A stretch of DNA of 64,000 bases, taken from positions 12,908-76,907 of the forward strand of contig QCHM01000003.1 in NCBI GenBank assembly GCA_003279615.1. Reading direction: 5' to 3'. Positions 53,145 through 61,833 of this stretch are shown piece after piece (position 1 is the stretch's first letter; every line of letters begins with the position of its first letter). Origin of the DNA: Prochlorococcus sp. AG-402-B19. Lineage in GTDB: Bacteria; Cyanobacteriota; Cyanobacteriia; PCC-6307; Cyanobiaceae. The notes below the pieces were generated by a model. The model saw only the letters and a program-made list of their open reading frames with translations, searched no databases and was not told the origin of the DNA. A program made the translations under genes and the position numbers.

Positions 53145-54176
53145 ATGCAGGATAGTCGTCTTCCTGTAACTGTAGTTACAGGCTTCTTAGGTTCTGGTAA
53201 AACAACACTCTTGAGATATCTTTTAAGAAAAGGAAATCAACGTCTAGCTGTAGTTGTTAATGAATTTGGATCAGTAGGTTTAGATGGGGACCTTCTTAAA
53301 AACTGTGGGCTTTGCCCTGATGATGAAGTAGACGAAAGAATAGTTGAGTTGAATAATGGCTGCTTATGTTGCACTGTTCAGGAGGACTTCCTTCCTGCAA
53401 TGGAAGCTTTGCTTCTTAGAGCAAAACAGCTTGATGGAATTATTATTGAAACAAGTGGTCTTGCTTTGCCAAAGCCTTTGCTTAAAGCTCTTAATTGGCC
53501 TGCAATAAGAAGTAAGGTCTTCATTAATGGAGTAGTAACTTTAGTTGATGGATATGCTCTCTCAAATGGAAGCCCAGTGGGTGACCTAAGAAGTATTAAT
53601 GAACAAATAACAAATGATAATAGTATTGATCATATAACTCCAATAAATGAGCTTTTTAGAGATCAATTAATTTCTGCCGATGTTGTCTTGATTAGTAGAT
53701 CTGATTTGCTTTCTTCTAAGGACTTCTTATTGGTTAAGGATGAGGTGAAAAAGCAAGGAAATTCCATTGCTAACATTTTGCCTATATCTAATGGGAAAAT
53801 TGACCCATCAGTAATTCTTGGTATTTCTGATGAACAAAACAATATTTCTCGATCAGATCAACATGAACATGAACATGAACATGAACATGTTCATGTAATA
53901 AGTGAGCATTTAAGATTCGAATTCCCAATTGATCAAGTTGTTTTGAAAGAAATACTTGTAAAACTTGTTCCGGAATATCAAATTCTTCGTATAAAAGGTA
54001 GATGCTGGATAGAAGGTAAAGTTTTTCCTCTTCAGATCCAAATGGTTGGATCTAGATTTAATTCATGGTTTGAGTGCGCGAATGATGATTCTTGGAAACC
54101 TTCTAAGGCTGGGATTGATTTAGTCTCTTTGAGTCTGAGAGGCGGAGTTAAAAAAGCTTTTGAATGTTCTTTTTAA
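53145..54176 (+). CDS. cobW: CobW/COG0523 metallochaperone GTPase
   Basis: GFLGSGKTT, NEFG, GCLCC, ETSGLA, His-rich HEHEHEHEH and LRIKG. Confidence 0.9.
   Translation: MQDSRLPVTVVTGFLGSGKTTLLRYLLRKGNQRLAVVVNEFGSVGLDGDLLKNCGLCPDDEVDERIVELNNGCLCCTVQEDFLPAMEALLLRAKQLDGIIIETSGLALPKPLLKALNWPAIRSKVFINGVVTLVDGYALSNGSPVGDLRSINEQITNDNSIDHITPINELFRDQLISADVVLISRSDLLSSKDFLLVKDEVKKQGNSIANILPISNGKIDPSVILGISDEQNNISRSDQHEHEHEHEHVHVISEHLRFEFPIDQVVLKEILVKLVPEYQILRIKGRCWIEGKVFPLQIQMVGSRFNSWFECANDDSWKPSKAGIDLVSLSLRGGVKKAFECSF
53862..53889 (+). repeat. (CATGAA)4 hexanucleotide repeat encoding the His-Glu tract
   Basis: Directly visible, in-frame within cobW. Confidence 0.9.
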
Positions 54177-54306
54177 TTGATAGGTTCAAATTTATTATAT
54201 TTATATTAAAAATAGGTTGTTTTTTTGTTTTTATCCGCGATTCTTTGTGAGTTAGGAGATAATTCTCTTACATCAATTTATCAATAGTTTCTAATCGGAT
54301 TTTTTT

Positions 54307-54477
54307 GTGAGTCAAGCAGTTTCCACTACCGGGAAAAATAAAGTTCAGAGTATACCCAATGCTTTGAAAATGAAGTCCTGCAATAAATGTGGCGGTAATG
54401 GTTATATGAAATCTAGCCCAAATTGTTATCACACTTGTCTTACATGCCTAGGTAAAGGATTAATAAGTGAACAATGA
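54307..54477 (+). CDS. DnaJ-type zinc-finger microprotein, 56 aa (not in ORF track)
   Basis: Hand translation from GTG: MSQAVSTTGKNKVQSIPNALKMKSCNKCGGNGYMKSSPNCYHTCLTCLGKGLISEQ*. Two CxxCxGxG motifs. Confidence 0.75.
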   Translation: MSQAVSTTGKNKVQSIPNALKMKSCNKCGGNGYMKSSPNCYHTCLTCLGKGLISEQ

Positions 54478-54585
54478 GAATGTATTAATTAGAAATTTAT
54501 CAAATTTTATCTAGAATAATTTTGTACCCTTCTTTCTTGGGTTAACCAAGGAAAAGGGAAATTATCATTTTATTGATTTTTAAAA

Positions 54586-54858
54586 GTGTCTTTATTTAAA
54601 GCAAGAGTTTTTGTTCATTTAAGACCCTCTGTTTTGGATCCGGCGGGAGAGGCTACTAGGTCAGCCACTAAGAGATTAGGAATAGAAGGAGTTACTCAAC
54701 TAAGGATTGGCAAATCTATTGAAATTGAGATCGATGCGTTAAACAAGGAAGAGGCTCGATCGAAGATTCAGTTAATGAGTGATCGATTGCTCGCAAATCC
54801 TGTTATTGAGGACTGGACTTTGGAATTTAAAGATGATCAGAAAGCTCTTGCAATTTAA
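54586..54858 (+). CDS. purS: Phosphoribosylformylglycinamidine synthase subunit PurS
   Basis: VLDPAG, RIGK and LLANPVIE motifs. Confidence 0.95.
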   Translation: MSLFKARVFVHLRPSVLDPAGEATRSATKRLGIEGVTQLRIGKSIEIEIDALNKEEARSKIQLMSDRLLANPVIEDWTLEFKDDQKALAI

Positions 54859-54861
54859 GAA

Positions 54862-55515
54862 ATGAATATCGGAATAATTGTTTTTCCTGGATCAAACTGC
54901 GACAGGGATGTCAGGTGGGCTACTGAAGGTTGTCTTGGAATTCCTACAAGTTTTCTATGGCATGAAACTACTGATTTAAATGGTTTTGACGCAATTGTCA
55001 TTCCAGGGGGGTTTAGTTATGGTGATTATTTACGTTGTGGAGCAATAGCAAGATTTGCACCTGTTTTAAATTCATTAATCTCTTTTGTTGATAATGGTGG
55101 AAGAGTTCTTGGTATTTGTAATGGGTTTCAAATACTTACTGAACTTGGTCTCTTGCAAGGAGCTTTGACAAGAAATAAGAATCTTCATTTCATATGTGAT
55201 AGAGCTAATTTATCTATTGAAAGCACAAAATCATCTTGGATGAAAAATTATAATAAATATGATTCTATTTCACTACCTATCGCTCATGGAGAAGGGAGAT
55301 ATCAATGCAGCCCTGACGTCTTGAAAAAATTACAGGATGATGATTCGGTTGCTCTTAGATACTCAGATAATCCAAATGGATCAATTCATGATATTGCTGG
55401 AATCACAAATAAAAAGGGAAATGTTTTAGGCATGATGCCTCATCCTGAAAGAGCTTGTGATGATGCTTTAGGCAATATTGATGGTAAATCAATTCTTAGT
55501 ACACTTCTTTTTTGA
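54862..55515 (+). CDS. purQ: Phosphoribosylformylglycinamidine synthase subunit PurQ
   Basis: [30 protein letters not shown] and MMPHPER motifs. Confidence 0.96.
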   Translation: MNIGIIVFPGSNCDRDVRWATEGCLGIPTSFLWHETTDLNGFDAIVIPGGFSYGDYLRCGAIARFAPVLNSLISFVDNGGRVLGICNGFQILTELGLLQGALTRNKNLHFICDRANLSIESTKSSWMKNYNKYDSISLPIAHGEGRYQCSPDVLKKLQDDDSVALRYSDNPNGSIHDIAGITNKKGNVLGMMPHPERACDDALGNIDGKSILSTLLF

Positions 55516-55534
55516 ATTTATAAATCAAGGCATT

Positions 55535-55572
55535 AAAAAAGCTGCTATCAAAACGAGAGATAGCAGCTTTTT
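55535..55572. terminator. Bidirectional intrinsic terminator between purQ and the aldolase gene
   Basis: AAAAAA-GCTGCTATC-(9-nt loop)-GATAGCAGC-TTTTT between convergent genes. Confidence 0.9.
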
Positions 55573-55587
55573 GTTAGCATTTTTAGT

Positions 55588-56655
55588 TTAGTACTTGTAT
55601 CCAGCTACAAATAATTGTTCATCAGAAGAAGGCTGAGAACCTGCTACATACAATCCTTTTGAAGCCTCAGAGTTTGCTTGAGCTCTTGCGATAAGTGCTT
55701 TTTGTCCATCAGCAGTGTTTGAGCCTTTCCATGCTTTTAGACATGAATGTTGTAAGGCACGACCATATGAGAATGAAACATTCCACTTAGCCTTTCTGTC
55801 GATCTTATTCATCAGATTCAAATAAACTGATGCAGCTTCCTCGCTCAAGCCGCCTGAAAGGAAAGTAATACCAGGGACACTTGCTGGTACACAGCGTTCC
55901 ATTGTACGTATTGTCATCTCAGCAACTTGCTGGGGATCAGCTTTCGTTGAACTGTCAGCACCTTGTACAGTCATGGATGGCTTTAGCAGAGTTCCTTCTA
56001 GAAGTACTCCGTTTACCTGGCAAGCTAAATAAACTTCTTTAATTACTTCTTCTTGAACAGCTGCTGTCTTTTCAATTGAATGTGAACCATCCATTAGTAT
56101 CTCTGGTTCAATAATTGGAACCAAGCCTGATTCTTGTACTGATCTAGCGTATCTAGCTAAACCCCAAGCATTTTCTCTTATAGAAAGTTTAGAAGGACAA
56201 CCATCATCTGTTATTTGAAGCACTGCTCTCCACTTAGCAAATCTTGCACCTTGCTCGTAATAATCAGCAGCTCTTTCAACAAGACCATCTAAACCTGAAC
56301 AAAAAGTTTCTACATCATGTCCACCAGCTAATGGTCTTAGACCTTTATCAACCTTGATTCCTGGAATTATTCCTAGCTTCTCAAGCTTTTTAACCATTGG
56401 CTCACCATCTGGATGGTTTTGGAAAAGAGTTTCTTCAAAAAGAATTGCTCCACTTATGAAGTTTCCAAGACCTTCTGTGGTGAAAAGCATACCTCTATAT
56501 GCTTTTCTGTTGTCCTCAGTGTTCTCAACACCTATTGAAGCAAGTCTTTTACCGACTGTTTTCGTAGACTCATCAACAGCAAGAATCCCTTTGCCTGGCT
56601 GCGCTATGGCACTTGCTGTTTTCTTTAGTTCTTCTGCGTAGTACGAGAGTGCCAT
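55588..56655 (-). CDS. Fructose-bisphosphate aldolase class I (eukaryote-type)
   Basis: GKGILAVDES, AILFEETL, GIKVDKG, FAKWR, VPIIEPE, GTLLKP (Schiff-base Lys), FLSGG, FSYGRALQ and C-terminal Tyr. Confidence 0.95.
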   Translation of the reverse strand: MALSYYAEELKKTASAIAQPGKGILAVDESTKTVGKRLASIGVENTEDNRKAYRGMLFTTEGLGNFISGAILFEETLFQNHPDGEPMVKKLEKLGIIPGIKVDKGLRPLAGGHDVETFCSGLDGLVERAADYYEQGARFAKWRAVLQITDDGCPSKLSIRENAWGLARYARSVQESGLVPIIEPEILMDGSHSIEKTAAVQEEVIKEVYLACQVNGVLLEGTLLKPSMTVQGADSSTKADPQQVAEMTIRTMERCVPASVPGITFLSGGLSEEAASVYLNLMNKIDRKAKWNVSFSYGRALQHSCLKAWKGSNTADGQKALIARAQANSEASKGLYVAGSQPSSDEQLFVAGYKY

Positions 56656-56751
56656 TTATGCAACAAAAATTTCATTAAGATTATTCCATATCAAAGGCCC
56701 TTTTTGTGGCTTATTACACGTAAAAAATTTTTTTTTTTTTATCAATTGTTT

Positions 56752-57852
56752 TTAATTGATTTCAAGCTTCATTCCTATTGAGTTTGATTCTTTGACCTTT
56801 TCGCAAACTATTTGGCTTTCTAATCCCTCAACTAAGCCTGGAATTATTGGTGTGTCATCTTTTATGCTTTCAGCCCACCAGTTTTGGATTCTTGCTACTG
56901 GGGCAATTCGTCCATCTGTCCAGGTTTTTGAAAAAGAAAGATCTAAATCTGGTTGAATATTTTTTAGAACTTCTCCATTAGTTGAGTACCACAGCCCAAA
57001 TCCGTGGACATAATCATTCTGGTTTTCGCTGCTAAGAACAAGAGTTCCATTGCTCCCATAAATTTCCAGACTAAAACCCCTGCTTTGTTTTGTTACTGCT
57101 GAGAGATTTACTTGGCATGGAATCAAATTGTTATTAATACTTTTTATTTGTAGATGAGAAATGCTTACATCTTCACTTGTTACTTTTTTAGTGGTTTTTG
57201 ATTGTGTACAAACTCTTTCTTTTATTGAAGTTGAATTTATTGCACTTAAAGAATTAGTTGGACCAATTAGCCAGTGAATCATGTCAAAAGCATGGGTACC
57301 TAATGCGCCCAGTACTCCTCCACCAGACTCTTCATCTGAATACCAATTCCATGGCCTATCTGGATTGGCTCTGCTACTCATTAGCCAATCTAGTTTTACA
57401 AAATATGGTTCATCAAGTTTCTTCTCGTTAATTATTCGCTTTGCTTGCATGAAGAGTGGAACCGCTCGATATTCGTAATCGACAGCAATTTTTAAATTTC
57501 TTTTGAGGGCATTTCTTTGAAGCTCTTTTACCTCTTCTGAGTTTAAGCAGGTTGGCTTTTCTAGTAAAAGATGTTTTCCCGCTTTAATTGCCTCAAGCGC
57601 CAAATCGTATCTGGGTGCTGGTGGAGTAGCTATGATTATTCCATCTATTTTTGAATCATTGACTAAATCCTCCCAGGTCTTGTAGGGACGAAGATTGTGC
57701 TTACTGCAGGCCTCTTTAAGCCTTTCTGGCCGAGGATGCCACAACCCCACAAGCTCAATATTCTTATTAGACATTGATGCAGGAATATGAACACTTTCAC
57801 CGAAACCTAGTCCTGCAATTGCTATGCGGAGAGGATGATCTGTATTTATCAT
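56752..57852 (-). CDS. Gfo/Idh/MocA family oxidoreductase
   Basis: AGLGFG, IATPP, HLLLEKP and GGGVLGALGTHAFD. ATG at 57852 preferred over the track's 57903, which runs into the upstream pseudogene. Confidence 0.9.
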   Translation of the reverse strand: MINTDHPLRIAIAGLGFGESVHIPASMSNKNIELVGLWHPRPERLKEACSKHNLRPYKTWEDLVNDSKIDGIIIATPPAPRYDLALEAIKAGKHLLLEKPTCLNSEEVKELQRNALKRNLKIAVDYEYRAVPLFMQAKRIINEKKLDEPYFVKLDWLMSSRANPDRPWNWYSDEESGGGVLGALGTHAFDMIHWLIGPTNSLSAINSTSIKERVCTQSKTTKKVTSEDVSISHLQIKSINNNLIPCQVNLSAVTKQSRGFSLEIYGSNGTLVLSSENQNDYVHGFGLWYSTNGEVLKNIQPDLDLSFSKTWTDGRIAPVARIQNWWAESIKDDTPIIPGLVEGLESQIVCEKVKESNSIGMKLEIN

Positions 57853-57872
57853 TCTTTTAAAGAATTTATGAT

Positions 57873-58244
57873 TGTAAACATTTTCGCAGCTATCTGAAAT
57901 CACTTCATCTAATAGTTTATCCCCATTGGGGGCTCAACATTTTGCGCTTAAATTCTTTTTTCCATTAACTGACACATCTTTAAACTTTCTAGTTAAATAA
58001 TTGATTCTCATTGTATAAATATTCTCCTCAATTCCCTTTGAATTATTATTATTGTCTTTTATGTATTTTGTTGTTAATTCTATTATTCCTTTCCCTTTAA
58101 TATTTAAACTACCTATGTCTATGTATTTAATTCCATCAGGAACTTTCTAAGTTAAACTCAATTAATATTTGATCCATTTACTATATTTGTACTATTGAAT
58201 AAAATTATTAATGTTTTCAAGAGATAATCAAATTTATTTTTCAT
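57873..58244 (-). pseudogene. Decayed gene for a small secreted hypothetical protein
   Basis: MKNKFDYLLKTLIILFNSTNIVNGSNIN*V*LR / frameshift / VPDGIKYIDIGSLNIKGKGIIELTTKY...IYTMRINYLTRKFKDVSVNGKKNLSAKC*APNGDKLLDEVISDSCENV. Stops at 58160-58, 58154-52 and 57936-34. Confidence 0.7.
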
Positions 58245-58255
58245 CTTTTGATTTT

Positions 58256-59140
58256 CTAAGCATTAGCTTGTAACTTTACTTCTTGTGTCTTATGTAATCG
58301 AAGTATCTTTGACAAAGTTTCTTTAAGTTCTGTTCTCGGTACGATGGTATCTACGAACCCATGATCTTGAAGATATTCTGCTGTTTGGAAATTATCAGGT
58401 AGTTTTTCTCTCAGTGTTTGTTCAATTACTCTTCTCCCTGCAAATCCAATAAGTGCTTTGGGCTCTGCAAGTATTAAATCTCCAAGCATGGCAAAACTAG
58501 CAGTCACTCCTCCAGTGGTTGGATGCGTAAGTAAAGGCATATAGAGCAATTGAGCATCTCTATGTCGTTCAAGTGCTCCTGATATTTTTGCCATTTGCAT
58601 CAGGCTTAACATACCTTCTTGCATTCGAGCACCACCCGATGCACAGACAATTAGCAATGGCAACTTTTCTTTAGTTGAGTGTTCGACAAGCCGTGTTATC
58701 TTTTCTCCTACAACAGATCCCATTGAGCCACCCATGAATCTGAAATCCATTACGGCTAATGCCATAGGGATAGAATTTACTTCGCATGTGCCTGTTAATA
58801 CTCCATCTTTAAGCCCGGTGCTCGCTTGACTTTCTCTTAGCCTATCTGCGTAAGCTCGTCGATCTTTAAAACCCAAAGGATCAACTGGCGTTAAATGATT
58901 ATTGATTGATTTAAATGTATTTGGATCACTAATTATTCTTATTCTCTCTTCGCTATCTATTCGATTGTGATGCCCACAATTACTACAAACACTGCAATTA
59001 TCTATTAAATCTTTTCTATAAACTACTTGTCCACATTCTGGACATTTTTCCCATAGTCCATCACTTTCTTCAGATTCCTGAGTAACTTTGCCAACAAATT
59101 GGCCTTTTCTTCTATCCGCAAACCAGTCGAATAATGACAC
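58256..59140 (-). CDS. accD: Acetyl-CoA carboxylase carboxyltransferase beta subunit
   Basis: Zn-finger [24 protein letters not shown] and GGVTASFA motifs. Confidence 0.97.
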   Translation of the reverse strand: MSLFDWFADRRKGQFVGKVTQESEESDGLWEKCPECGQVVYRKDLIDNCSVCSNCGHHNRIDSEERIRIISDPNTFKSINNHLTPVDPLGFKDRRAYADRLRESQASTGLKDGVLTGTCEVNSIPMALAVMDFRFMGGSMGSVVGEKITRLVEHSTKEKLPLLIVCASGGARMQEGMLSLMQMAKISGALERHRDAQLLYMPLLTHPTTGGVTASFAMLGDLILAEPKALIGFAGRRVIEQTLREKLPDNFQTAEYLQDHGFVDTIVPRTELKETLSKILRLHKTQEVKLQANA

Positions 59141-59200
59141 AGCTATATTGAGATTAAAGATAATTTAATACCTTGAATGCCTTTAAAGTGATTTGAATAT

Positions 59201-59680
59201 TTAAATCTTATCTAAAATCCAAGAACAAAATATTCCAATTGATAGAAAGGGGGCGAAGGGGTACTGATGAAATGTTTTAAATCTCTTGGTTATTTTCCCA
59301 TATAAACTATATATCGCAGATAATATAAATGAAATAGATAATGATATAAAACTCATTTCAAGTCCGATCCATATTGTGCTAATTGAGGATAGTTTTATAT
59401 CACCAAGGCCTAAAGAATTGATTTTTAATAGCTTATAACTTATAAAACTTAAGGTATACATTAAAAGAAATATAATAAGCATTGAAATAAGTATATTTAT
59501 AATTATATCCATGCCATTTGTTTTTTTAGTTGATAAATTTAAAAATATTTGGTATAAAATACCAAAAGTGAAAAAAATCCTTAAATTTTTTTCACTTATT
59601 AGCATAGTTTTTATATCTTCTTTTGATATTGAAAATAAAAAATATGAAAGAATAATTGTAAAAACGAAAGAAATTATCAT
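59201..59680 (-). CDS. A24 family prepilin peptidase-like protein (short)
   Basis: First Asp (EDIK), GLGDIKL and PFAPFL motifs; very AT-rich and hydrophobic. Confidence 0.8.
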   Translation of the reverse strand: MIISFVFTIILSYFLFSISKEDIKTMLISEKNLRIFFTFGILYQIFLNLSTKKTNGMDIIINILISMLIIFLLMYTLSFISYKLLKINSLGLGDIKLSSISTIWIGLEMSFISLSISFILSAIYSLYGKITKRFKTFHQYPFAPFLSIGIFCSWILDKI

Positions 59681-59736
59681 TATTACTTATCTTCTTTTTA
59701 GTATTAACTTAGATCCTTTATTTGAGATATAAAAAA

Positions 59737-60639
59737 CTAACCAGCTGCTTTTTTTTCTTCTATCATTTTATGAATTATGGGTGTAAGTATAAGTTCCATA
59801 GCAAATCCCATTTTCCCTCCGTTGACGACAATACTTGTAGGACTTGACATGAATGAATCATGAATCATTCCTAATAAATATTGAAAATCAATACCCCATT
59901 TTTCTCTTGAACCTTTTCTAAAATGAATAATTACAAAACTTTCATCTGGAGTTGGAATATTTCTGCAAATAAATGGGTTTGAGGTGTCAATAGTTGGTAC
60001 TCTCTGGAAATTAATATCTGTTCGACTGAATTGAGGACATATGTGATTTATATAATCAGGCATTCTTCTTAAAATTGTATCTACGATTGTTTCAGCTGAA
60101 TATCCTCTTTCTGCGTTATCTCGGTGAATTTTTTGAATCCATTCGAGATTAGTAATTGGAACTACACCAACAAGTAAATCTGCGAATGAAGCTACGTCAT
60201 AATCTTTTCCTACTACTCCACCGTGAAGTCCTTCATAAAACAAAAGATCTGTTCCTGTTGGAATATCTTCCCAGGGAGTAAATTGACCTGGTTCTAATTT
60301 TGTTCCTAAACGAGTATTGTGTTCTTCCGCTTCTTCAGGGCTATGCAAATAATATCTTTTTTGGCCTCCACCAGTTTTTCCATATTGATTAAATAAGTCT
60401 TCTAGTTTATCGAATAAATTTGCTTCTGGTCCAAAATGAGAAAAGTTCTCACCCCTTGAAAGTGCTTCCGACATTGCCTTCTTCATAGGCATTCTTTCAA
60501 AACGGTGATAACTATCACCTTCAACAACAGCAGGAACAATATTTTCACGAGCAAATATATGCTCGAATGCTCTTTTAACTGTGCTGGTTCCTGCTCCGGA
60601 GGAACCAGTTACAGCTACTACTGGATGAAGCTTTGACAT
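59737..60639 (-). CDS. prk: Phosphoribulokinase (proteobacterial-type)
   Basis: HPVVAVTGSSGAGTS, EGDSYHR, YEGLHG and INFQRVP motifs. Confidence 0.95.
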   Translation of the reverse strand: MSKLHPVVAVTGSSGAGTSTVKRAFEHIFARENIVPAVVEGDSYHRFERMPMKKAMSEALSRGENFSHFGPEANLFDKLEDLFNQYGKTGGGQKRYYLHSPEEAEEHNTRLGTKLEPGQFTPWEDIPTGTDLLFYEGLHGGVVGKDYDVASFADLLVGVVPITNLEWIQKIHRDNAERGYSAETIVDTILRRMPDYINHICPQFSRTDINFQRVPTIDTSNPFICRNIPTPDESFVIIHFRKGSREKWGIDFQYLLGMIHDSFMSSPTSIVVNGGKMGFAMELILTPIIHKMIEEKKAAG

Positions 60640-60727
60640 CGACGCTTATGTATTGACTATTTATTTTTACAGGTCGACCCACCTACAAAGGGAAACTATT
60701 CAAAGAGTTTTTTAATTTGTGAACTAA

Positions 60728-61807
60728 TTATTTTAATTTTTCTGCTATTAATTCCCCCATTTTAGAGCAACTGACCTGTTTGCCTGTCTCAGTGATAATC
60801 AAATCGGAAGTTCTATAACCCTCATTTAAAATTTCATTAATAGCATTTTCTAAATAATTCCCAGCATTTGTTTCGTTAAAGGCGATTTTTAACATCATTG
60901 CAGCAGATAAAAGCATAGCTATTGGGTTAGCTATATCTTTTCCTGCTATGTCAGGAGCGGAACCATGAACGGGTTCAAAGACCCCAGGCCCATCTTTTGT
61001 TAATGATGCAGAGGGAAGCATTCCAATTGAGCCTGTCAGCATGGCCGCAATGTCGCTAAGAATATCTCCAAATAAATTACTTGTGAGAATCACATCAAAT
61101 TGACTGGGATTTCTAACAAGTTGCATTGCGGCATTGTCAACATATTGATGACTTAGCTCTATTTCTTTGAAATCATTAGATACCAAAATTGTTTCTTCTC
61201 TCCATAATTGACTTACATCTAAAACATTTGCTTTATCTACTGAGCAAACTTTTTTATTTCTTTGTTTAGCCAATTTAAAAGCAATCTCTGCGATTCGTTT
61301 AACCTCTTCTGAGGTGTATGACATCGTATTAAAAGCCCTTTCTCCTCTTTCTGTTTTTATCCTTCCTTTTGGCTCTCCAAAGTAAATACCGCTAGTGAGT
61401 TCCCTCACTACAATTAAATCAACTTCGTTAACAAATTCTTCTTTCAGACTGCTTGCTTTAGTTAAAGATGGGATTATTTTTACAGGTCGAATATTGGCAA
61501 AAAGATCCAATGATGATCTTAGCTTGAGTAAACCAGTCTCTGGTCTTTTCTCTCTGGGTAATTGATCATATTTAGGGTCACCTATAGCAGCCAACAAAAT
61601 CGCATCAGAGTTCTTACATTCTTGAAGAGTTTTATCAGGGAAAGGAATACCGTCTGTCTCTATAGCTGAACCCCCAAAAGGCATTTCTTTAAATTTGAGT
61701 TCAAAGCCAAATTTCCTTGAGACGAGTTCAAGGATTTTATGTGTGACGTTTGTTATTTCTGGACCAATTCCATCACCTGGTAATAATGTTATTTTGTAGG
61801 ACTTCAT
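60728..61807 (-). CDS. leuB: 3-isopropylmalate dehydrogenase
   Basis: GDGIGPE, RELT-x-GIYFG, DKANVL, NLFGDILSD and EPVHGSAPDIAG motifs (ORF track start 61837). Confidence 0.96.
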   Translation of the reverse strand: MKSYKITLLPGDGIGPEITNVTHKILELVSRKFGFELKFKEMPFGGSAIETDGIPFPDKTLQECKNSDAILLAAIGDPKYDQLPREKRPETGLLKLRSSLDLFANIRPVKIIPSLTKASSLKEEFVNEVDLIVVRELTSGIYFGEPKGRIKTERGERAFNTMSYTSEEVKRIAEIAFKLAKQRNKKVCSVDKANVLDVSQLWREETILVSNDFKEIELSHQYVDNAAMQLVRNPSQFDVILTSNLFGDILSDIAAMLTGSIGMLPSASLTKDGPGVFEPVHGSAPDIAGKDIANPIAMLLSAAMMLKIAFNETNAGNYLENAINEILNEGYRTSDLIITETGKQVSCSKMGELIAEKLK

Positions 61808-61833
61808 TTTTTCTTGTTTTTCAAGGGGAAAAC

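Noticed and set aside
57900-57940. TGT-TGA followed by a CCCC-AAT-GGGG hairpin (minus strand), as a possible selenocysteine codon plus SECIS, given mnmH in the window
   Set aside because: The same relic ORF has two other stops and a frameshift, the hairpin is only 4 bp and encodes P-N-G, and no Sec machinery is visible. A pseudogene is the simpler explanation.
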